Of a stretch of DNA of 64,000 nucleotides, positions 58,130 through 64,000 are shown piece by piece; the first letter of the stretch is position 1, and every line of letters starts with the position of its first letter. This DNA is from Dehalococcoidia bacterium (GTDB taxonomy: Bacteria > Chloroflexota > Dehalococcoidia > GIF9 > UBA5629), in the NCBI GenBank assembly GCA_016930155.1, contig JAFGHL010000018.1, forward strand, positions 283-64,282. The letters run 5' to 3'. The notes under the pieces are model-generated. The model saw nothing but the letters and a program-made list of their open reading frames with translations, was not told where the DNA came from and searched no databases. A program made the position numbers and the translations under genes.

Positions 58130-58160
58130 GGACGGGTCTTCAGACCCGTCCCAACTTTTT
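58130..58160 (+). terminator. Rho-independent terminator-like hairpin after AOR1
   Basis: 9-bp stem GGACGGGTC/GACCCGTCC with a TTCA loop (58130-58151), followed by AACTTTTT. Confidence 0.55.
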
Positions 58161-58174
58161 GACAGGTATATGCT

Positions 58175-58441
58175 ATGACAACCAGGGTGACAAAAGGCAA
58201 GCGGTTCATTGAGGCCGATTCATCTAAATGCGCCGGCTGCATCACCTGCATGCTGCGCTGTTCTTTCAGGTCCGGTAATAAATTCAGCCTCTCCGCTTCG
58301 TGTATCAGAGTTGAGCGGCTGGTGGGACGCCCCAATGAGTTCGCTGTAACGTTTAGCAAGGACTGCGACGCCTGCCTTATCTGCGCCCGCTACTGCCCGT
58401 ACGGCGCCCTGACGGCAAGTAAAGAGGCGGTTGAGATCTGA
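58175..58441 (+). CDS. 2x[4Fe-4S] ferredoxin-like protein
   Basis: CAGCITCMLRC and CDACLICARYCP motifs; 88 aa. The stop lies 1 nt before the AOR-like gene start. Confidence 0.85.
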   Translation: MTTRVTKGKRFIEADSSKCAGCITCMLRCSFRSGNKFSLSASCIRVERLVGRPNEFAVTFSKDCDACLICARYCPYGALTASKEAVEI

Positions 58442-58442
58442 T

Positions 58443-60338
58443 ATGAAACTGGGCGGATACGCAGGCAACATACTTTATGTGAACCTTTCGGACGGCGCTT
58501 CTCGCAAGCAGCCTCTGGACGAGGACCTGGTCAGAGAATGCATCGGCGGCGCCGCCATCAACAACAGGCTGGCCCTCGACCTTATACGGCCCGATGTCGA
58601 TCCGCTTTCCCCCGGCAACGCCATTATAATCGGCACGGGGCCCTTCAACGGCACATTCATACCGGGCGCCTCCCAGACCATGTCTGTTTATAAATCCCCG
58701 CTTAATGGCTCTTTCCCTCACAGCAATGCCGGCGGGGTTTTCAGCCACTTCCTGAAATCTTCGGGTTACGACTTTCTGGTAATCACGGGACGATCGCAAT
58801 GGCCGGTCTATCTCGTCATTGAAGACGATAATGTAAGCCTGAAGCATGCTTCCGATATCTGGGGGCTGGATGGGTTCGACTCGGCCGACGAGCTCAGGCT
58901 GAGACATTCACCCTGCAGCATCATCCCAATAGGGACAGCCGGGGAAAGGCAATCGGCGATCTCGGTCACACATATCGATAAGGGGGGCACCATCGGATCC
59001 GGCGGTCTGGCCGCTGTGATGGGATCAAAGAAGCTCAAGGCTATCGTGGCCTGCATGGGCAGCAGGTCCATCGAGGTGGCCGATCCGAAGCGGCTGCGTG
59101 GAATAGTTGACGGGATCATAGACAAGATCAATAGTTACCACCTACGTGGCGAGATGATGAAAGGCGGCGCCATGACCATGACCTCCACGTGGATACCTCC
59201 CGGTGTGGTGGCGCGCAATTCCACAGAGCTTATACCCTACCCACCCAATTTAAATGAGATCAAGACAGAGCTTTATGAATTGCACAAAGCAGCCCGTAAA
59301 AAGATTGCCTGTGCAACCTGCCCCCTGTCGGACAAGGACCGTCTGGACCTGCCCGACTATCGAAGCAGCTACGATACGGCCGTTTTTATGGACATGGCCG
59401 CCATGACCTATTCCCACGCCCTCGGCTACAGCAGCGACGGCTCAATTGCCGACAGATATGCCATGGCCATACGATATTATGATGAGATCAACAGGCTGGG
59501 GATTGATCGTGTTTACAGTTTCAACGGCCTAGCCGACTTCGTCATAACCCTTTATGAGCAGGGAATCATTAACAAACGTGATACCAACGGGATGACGCTC
59601 GATCGCAAATACGACACGCTGCTGGCTCTGGTGCGCATGACAGCCGCCCGCGAAGGGTTTGGAGCCGTGTTGTGTGATGGGATATTGAGCGCCGCCCGTA
59701 AATTGGGCAACCTGGCTGCCGGGCGGGTGCAGAACGTGGTCAAAGGACAATGCATAGCCTTCGATCCGCGCATGAGCGGATTCCTCCCCATGCACCTCGG
59801 TATGCTGGTGTATCCCGGCCGAACTCTGGGGGTGGCCGCCGCCATGGGGGCGCCCTCCTATAGCCCGGGATGGCCTTTTGCCGATATAAAAAAACAGGCT
59901 GTACGATGCGGTGTACCCACACCGGATATGGAACGCCTCTTTACACCCGACTCTTTCAATCTGGGACGCCTGGCAAGGCACGGTGAGGACTTCTTCGGAC
60001 TTTTCAATATGCTCGGCCAATGCCACCGTCTATACATCTCTCGCTTTTATAGTCTGCAAACAATGGCCGATCTATACTCGGCCGTCACGGGTATTGAAAA
60101 AACCCCGACTGAACTTAAGAGGGCAAGTTCACGCATGTGGGAATCGTGGCTGGAACTTAATCGACAGGCCGGATTTACCCGCAGCGATAATGAACCGCCG
60201 CACATCTGGTTCAAACCTCTTAAAAGCCCGGATCACGAATATACCCTTTACGATTACAGTCTTAAGAATCAACTGTCGCGCGCTGACATCCTTGGCTACC
60301 TGGATGAGTATTACAGCGAACGGGAATTGCAGGTGTAA
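58443..60338 (+). CDS. Divergent AOR-family protein (paralog of 56207..58036)
   Basis: AOR N-terminal domain (GNILYVNLS, PVYLVIEDD, AAVMGSKKLKAI). Cluster motif reads CATCPLSD (Asp at the third Cys position). Pterin-motif positions are altered (NMLGQCH instead of DxxGxCH; no NRGADH). Start taken at ATG 58443. Confidence 0.82.
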   Translation: MKLGGYAGNILYVNLSDGASRKQPLDEDLVRECIGGAAINNRLALDLIRPDVDPLSPGNAIIIGTGPFNGTFIPGASQTMSVYKSPLNGSFPHSNAGGVFSHFLKSSGYDFLVITGRSQWPVYLVIEDDNVSLKHASDIWGLDGFDSADELRLRHSPCSIIPIGTAGERQSAISVTHIDKGGTIGSGGLAAVMGSKKLKAIVACMGSRSIEVADPKRLRGIVDGIIDKINSYHLRGEMMKGGAMTMTSTWIPPGVVARNSTELIPYPPNLNEIKTELYELHKAARKKIACATCPLSDKDRLDLPDYRSSYDTAVFMDMAAMTYSHALGYSSDGSIADRYAMAIRYYDEINRLGIDRVYSFNGLADFVITLYEQGIINKRDTNGMTLDRKYDTLLALVRMTAAREGFGAVLCDGILSAARKLGNLAAGRVQNVVKGQCIAFDPRMSGFLPMHLGMLVYPGRTLGVAAAMGAPSYSPGWPFADIKKQAVRCGVPTPDMERLFTPDSFNLGRLARHGEDFFGLFNMLGQCHRLYISRFYSLQTMADLYSAVTGIEKTPTELKRASSRMWESWLELNRQAGFTRSDNEPPHIWFKPLKSPDHEYTLYDYSLKNQLSRADILGYLDEYYSERELQV

Positions 60339-60341
60339 AGA

Positions 60342-61049
60342 ATGGACCGAAAAACCGCGGCGGAAAAAGGTGGCAATTACATCGTATCGTGGAGCGGAGG
60401 CAAGGATTGCTGTATGGCGCTCTACCAGGCTCTGCGCCTTGGCTATAAGGTTTCGCATCTGGTGAACTTCATTTCCAACGATGAGAAAAGGGTGAGGTTT
60501 CACGGCACCAACGCCGACCTGATCAGGCAACAGGGCGCCGCCATGGGCATAAAGGTAGCGCAGTATGAGACGAATTGGGACGGCTACGAGCGTGATTTCA
60601 AGGCCCGAGTGCGCAGGCTGCTTCCCACCGGAGTTAAAGGAATGATATTCGGAGACATCTACCTGGATGTGCATAAGGAGTGGGTAGAGCGGGTATGCGG
60701 TGAGATCGGCATCGATGCGCTGGAGCCACTCTGGGGCCAACCTACCGGTGAATTACTCGATCAGTTTATCGAACTTGGATTTGAGGCAGTAGTCGTAGGT
60801 GTAAATTCCAGGCGCCTGGATGAAAAATGGGTGGGCAGGAAAGTGGACGCTTCATTCAGGGATTACCTTAAAAAGAACAATATCGATCCCTGCGGCGAAA
60901 ATGGTGAATACCATACCGTTGTGACAAACGGCCCCATCTTCAAACAGCGATTGTCTTTATCGACAGGCGGCGTGATATCAAAAAACGAATATCGTCTGCT
61001 GGATATCCGCGATGTCAGGCTGGAGGATGCTACGTCTAAACAGCTTTGA
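60342..61049 (+). CDS. PP-loop ATP pyrophosphatase, Dph6/MJ0570-related
   Basis: YIVSWSGGKDCCMALY (SGGKD PP-loop) and GENGEYHT near the C-terminus; 235 aa. Starts 4 nt after the AOR-like stop. Confidence 0.72.
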   Translation: MDRKTAAEKGGNYIVSWSGGKDCCMALYQALRLGYKVSHLVNFISNDEKRVRFHGTNADLIRQQGAAMGIKVAQYETNWDGYERDFKARVRRLLPTGVKGMIFGDIYLDVHKEWVERVCGEIGIDALEPLWGQPTGELLDQFIELGFEAVVVGVNSRRLDEKWVGRKVDASFRDYLKKNNIDPCGENGEYHTVVTNGPIFKQRLSLSTGGVISKNEYRLLDIRDVRLEDATSKQL

Positions 61050-61067
61050 AGATTTCTGACGAATCGT

Positions 61068-61769
61068 TCAGACCGTTATCACCTTGTATGATTTGCTCTT
61101 GAAATAGGCCAGAGCGCTGAGAGCTATGAAAACTATGATAAGCACGATTACTACGAGCACCAGCGCCTGGTCCATATCACCGTCCTGAACCGCGAAGTAA
61201 ATCGTCACAGGTATAGTTGCCGTCTTGCCCGGTATATAGCCGGCCAGCATCAGCGTAGCGCCGAACTCGCCGATGGCACGGGCAAAAGCCATAACAGCGC
61301 CGGCCGCCACCCCCGGCCATGCCAGTGGCAGAGTGACTGACCAGAATGTTTTCCACTCGCTGGCCCCCAGCGTTCGCGCGGCATTTTCTAAGCTTATATC
61401 AACCTGCTCGAAGGCGCCCCGTGCATTCATGTACATCAACGGAAAGGATACTACAGTGGCGGTAATGACTGTTGCCGGCCATGAGAAAACTACCGTTGTT
61501 CCGAATAATAACAGCAGCTGTCCGATAGGACCATGTTTGCCGAACAACATCAGCAGGCCCAGGCCTATCACGGTTGGGGGCAGAACAAGCGGCAGAATCA
61601 GGATGCCGTCAATGAAATTCCTCAGCTTTCCCTCGTACCTTGCCATCCAGCGAGCCACGGCAATACCCGCAAAGAAGGTTATTACAGTGGCTGTAAAAAC
61701 AGTCGCCAGAGAGATCCATAATGGCGAGAGCAATGAGTCCGTCATAAACGCTGTCATGTGATCGAACAA
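61068..61769 (-). CDS. modB: Molybdate/tungstate ABC transporter permease
   Basis: 233 aa, 5-6 TM. EAA-like loop ENAARTLGASEWKTFWSVTLPLAWPG is typical of ModB/CysTW. Confidence 0.9.
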   Translation of the reverse strand: MFDHMTAFMTDSLLSPLWISLATVFTATVITFFAGIAVARWMARYEGKLRNFIDGILILPLVLPPTVIGLGLLMLFGKHGPIGQLLLLFGTTVVFSWPATVITATVVSFPLMYMNARGAFEQVDISLENAARTLGASEWKTFWSVTLPLAWPGVAAGAVMAFARAIGEFGATLMLAGYIPGKTATIPVTIYFAVQDGDMDQALVLVVIVLIIVFIALSALAYFKSKSYKVITV

Positions 61770-61779
61770 ACCGCCATGT

Positions 61780-62556
61780 TTAATACTTGATCACGGTGAA
61801 GCCGTACTTATCGAATATGGCGCCCGCTTCTTCACTGAATAAAAAGGCCTCATAGTCCGAAGCAGCCTTCAGGTCCTTTCCCGTTTCTATTAAAGCCACA
61901 GGATAGACGACTTCATTATTGATTTCATCCGGCGCGTCCGCCACGACTTTAACGCTCTTCGATATTTTGGCATCCGTCAGAAATACGACGCCGGCATCTA
62001 CGTTGGAACTCTCAACATACTGCAACACCTGCCGCACAGTGCCTGCAAGCACCAGCCTGGGTTTAAGCTCATCCATAATACCGAATTTAGTAAAAATCTC
62101 CTGGGCGTACATGCCAATAGGAACAGATCCGGGGTCACCTATGACCACTTTTTTCACCATATCGCCTGCAAGGTCTTTAAAACCGGTAATCCCCAGAGTG
62201 CTATCTTCGGGAACTATCAGGACGACCTTATTGCGAAGTAATTCCCTGCGCGTATTCTCTATTATAAGGTGCTTTGCCTGAAGCATGTCCATGTGCTTTA
62301 GAGACGGCGAGATAAACACGTCCGCCGGCGCGCCGTTCTCGATCTGCTGCTGTAATGTCCCCGCTGCAGCAAAATTAGTAATGACAGTTACGTCCGGTCT
62401 TTCCTGCTGATACAGAACATTGATCTCGTTTATAGCATCGGCGAGGCCGGCACCGGCCGATACATTCACAACCTCGACCTGCTTGAAACAGCCGATAGGT
62501 GAAAGAGCGATAATCACCAGGACTATTAAAATACATACTCTGTATTTTGATTTCAT
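61780..62556 (-). CDS. modA: Molybdate/tungstate ABC transporter substrate-binding lipoprotein
   Basis: FAAAGTLQQQIENGAPADVFISPS resembles the ModA core. Start set at ATG 62556, giving a lipoprotein signal MKSKYRVCILIVLVIIALSPIGC; the track ORF begins at GTG 62583. Mo versus W specificity cannot be called by eye. Confidence 0.87.
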   Translation of the reverse strand: MKSKYRVCILIVLVIIALSPIGCFKQVEVVNVSAGAGLADAINEINVLYQQERPDVTVITNFAAAGTLQQQIENGAPADVFISPSLKHMDMLQAKHLIIENTRRELLRNKVVLIVPEDSTLGITGFKDLAGDMVKKVVIGDPGSVPIGMYAQEIFTKFGIMDELKPRLVLAGTVRQVLQYVESSNVDAGVVFLTDAKISKSVKVVADAPDEINNEVVYPVALIETGKDLKAASDYEAFLFSEEAGAIFDKYGFTVIKY

Positions 62557-62572
62557 TATCACTGTTGTTTTT

Positions 62573-62806
62573 TTATCCCCCACTCACCATGCGATACAAT
62601 TTCACCGTGTCGTTATCCTTGAGCACAGTGGCGTTCCAAACCGGCTCCTCGTTCACATGCACAATGACGGCCTTCTGTACATAAGCCGGCAGCTTGAGAA
62701 ATACCAGCAGATCCCGTACCGTGCAGTTATCTGGAACCTCGATTATGGAATCGCTGGCATAGTCTTCTATCTTAATGAACTTGCCGTAGCTCAAATTTAT
62801 TTTCAT
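62573..62806 (-). CDS. MoaD/ThiS-family ubiquitin-like sulfur-carrier protein
   Basis: 77 aa, beta-grasp-like pattern, C-terminal ...VKLYRMVSGG (diglycine terminus). Confidence 0.68.
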   Translation of the reverse strand: MKINLSYGKFIKIEDYASDSIIEVPDNCTVRDLLVFLKLPAYVQKAVIVHVNEEPVWNATVLKDNDTVKLYRMVSGG

Positions 62807-62841
62807 CTCTTTTCCCCTGATTTCCTATACAAAACTCCTGC

Positions 62842-63213
62842 TCACTTCCTTTTCATCATGCCCATGCATACTGAGAGAAGGATGCCGAAGAAATTAAACA
62901 TGGCAGGGTTGCCTTCCAGTTTTAAATTATAGTTGTTCATGGCCACCTGCAGACCCGTATCTCCACCCAGTGCCAGTGTCTTGAATCCGATATCGGCATT
63001 CTCGAAAACCAGCGCCAGGTCGAAGTCCTTAAGCACCGTATCTGAAGAGAATTTCCCCTCCCTGATCATGAAGCGCCTGCCTCTGGTTTTATCCCTGGTC
63101 ATGATTACATATGTGGCGCTACGTACACGGAGCAGTTCCTTAACCGCCTTATTATTTTTAGCCGCCATGCCCATCATAAAACCCAAAACTGCCAGCAACA
63201 TCGAGAACAGCAT
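62842..63213 (-). CDS. Small protein with terminal hydrophobic helices and an SCP2-like core (tentative)
   Basis: 123 aa. N-terminal MLFSMLLAVLGFMMGMAA and C-terminal FNFFGILLSVCMGMM are hydrophobic. The central ADIGFKTLALGGDTGLQVAMNNYNLKLEGNPAM resembles the SCP2 C-terminal pattern. The family call is weak. Confidence 0.4.
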   Translation of the reverse strand: MLFSMLLAVLGFMMGMAAKNNKAVKELLRVRSATYVIMTRDKTRGRRFMIREGKFSSDTVLKDFDLALVFENADIGFKTLALGGDTGLQVAMNNYNLKLEGNPAMFNFFGILLSVCMGMMKRK

Positions 63214-63237
63214 CTCACAAACACCTCCGGATTTGAT

Positions 63238-63978
63238 TCATGTGAAAAGATAATCGGGATAGAGTTTCTTTAAACTCACCAGCGACATGACTTCCTCATT
63301 CACCGGATTATTAAAGACTGCCTGGGGTATGCCGGACTGCACAATTCTGCCTTTGGAGTACACCATTACTCTGTCAGCCAGTGAAAAAACCTCGAGAACG
63401 TTATGCGTTACCAGAATGGCCGGCATTTGGAACTCACGTTTAACCACATTTATCAGGCACGTGCGCATCTCCAGCCGAAGCTGGTCATCCAGCGATGAGA
63501 ACGGCTCGTCCAGCAGAAGAACTTCCGGATTGCGCATCAATGCCCTGGCCAGAGCTACCCTTTGCTTTTGGCCTCCCGAAATCTCATGCGGATACCTGCC
63601 TTTATATTCAGCCAGGCGGAACAGCTGCATCATATCCATGGCTTTTTCCCGTGCTGCCCTGCTGACAGCGCCACCCATCCCGAAGAGTATGTTTTTCTCT
63701 ACCGTCATATGGGGGAAGAGCGCCAGGTCCTGGAAAACATAGCCGACCGACCTCTGCTGCGGGGGAAGGTTGATCCCTAAATCCCTGCTGTACAACGACC
63801 TGCCGTTCAACCTTATATGTCCATCTCCCTGCGGGGCTATGCCTGCGATGGTACGCAACGTCATGCTCTTGCCGGAGCCTGAGTGTCCGAATAGCACCAC
63901 CAGTTCATTCCCCATGGTCCAACCGACATCCAGTGTAAATCCACCGACGTTGTTGATGATCCTCAAATCCAGACTCAC
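63238..63978 (-). CDS. modC: ABC transporter ATP-binding protein (ModC-like, without C-terminal TOBE domain)
   Basis: Walker A GHSGSGKS, signature ISGGQKQRVALARAL, Walker B LLLDEPFSSLD; 246 aa. Confidence 0.85.
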   Translation of the reverse strand: MSLDLRIINNVGGFTLDVGWTMGNELVVLFGHSGSGKSMTLRTIAGIAPQGDGHIRLNGRSLYSRDLGINLPPQQRSVGYVFQDLALFPHMTVEKNILFGMGGAVSRAAREKAMDMMQLFRLAEYKGRYPHEISGGQKQRVALARALMRNPEVLLLDEPFSSLDDQLRLEMRTCLINVVKREFQMPAILVTHNVLEVFSLADRVMVYSKGRIVQSGIPQAVFNNPVNEEVMSLVSLKKLYPDYLFT

Positions 63979-64000
63979 GGCAACGCTCCCGCCTTTATAC

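Noticed and set aside
1-64000. Window-wide search for CRISPR arrays, tRNA/rRNA genes, transposases, integrases and prophage genes.
   Set aside because: No regularly spaced direct repeats were seen. No intergenic region is long enough with cloverleaf-like features. No ORF has recombinase, transposase or phage structural motifs. The only repeats are the short hairpin elements listed above.

Overview
Dense chromosomal window of about 65 CDS, by eye about 55% GC, from an anaerobe-like bacterium. I cannot assign a taxon from sequence alone. Tungsten-type aldehyde:ferredoxin oxidoreductases, GH57 glycogen enzymes, gatCA, hisZ, weak or absent Shine-Dalgarno sites on some genes and GC-rich hairpin repeats would fit a Chloroflexota-like or other deep-branching lineage, but that is inference. 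I saw no rRNA, tRNA, CRISPR array, integrase, transposase or prophage. Layout: a partial URO-D-family gene, prmC-prfA, a hicBA toxin-antitoxin pair, gatCA and an Lrp plus aminotransferase pair. A long same-strand (minus) block from 33.8 kb down to 8.2 kb follows: glgC-glgA-ROK kinase-GH57-PRC barrel-GH57-mutS-argJBDGH-rpe, then yloV-degV-recG-argS-trpS-IMPase, interrupted only by rpmB on the plus strand. Next come holA, a second PRC-barrel gene, an EncFtn-like gene, purD-E-B-C-S, two paralogous lipoproteins, a sirtuin, birA and an NfeD/SPFH pair. The his operon is hisZ-hisG-hisD-[marR-amidohydrolase]-hisC-hisB, followed by a K+ channel. The last 10 kb is a tungsten/molybdenum enzyme island: SCP2-ADH-AOR-ferredoxin-AOR-like-PP-loop ATPase, convergent with an unusual modC-SCP2/TM-moaD-like-modA-modB operon. 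Most of the window is ordinary housekeeping. The items I consider most worth a second look: (1) a 477-aa single-chain tandem duplication of short-form HisG with complementary motif decay; (2) the AOR island, including a divergent AOR paralog with Asp at the third cluster-Cys position; (3) a MoaD-like and an SCP2-like gene inside the mod transporter operon; (4) a MarR-controlled amidohydrolase inserted in a his operon that lacks a histidinol-phosphatase; (5) two paralogous lipoproteins of unknown function; (6) an orphan EncFtn-like protein followed by a 30-aa lysine-rich ORF; (7) small PRC-barrel paralogs, one inside the glycogen operon. All family calls come from reading motifs by eye; I ran no searches.
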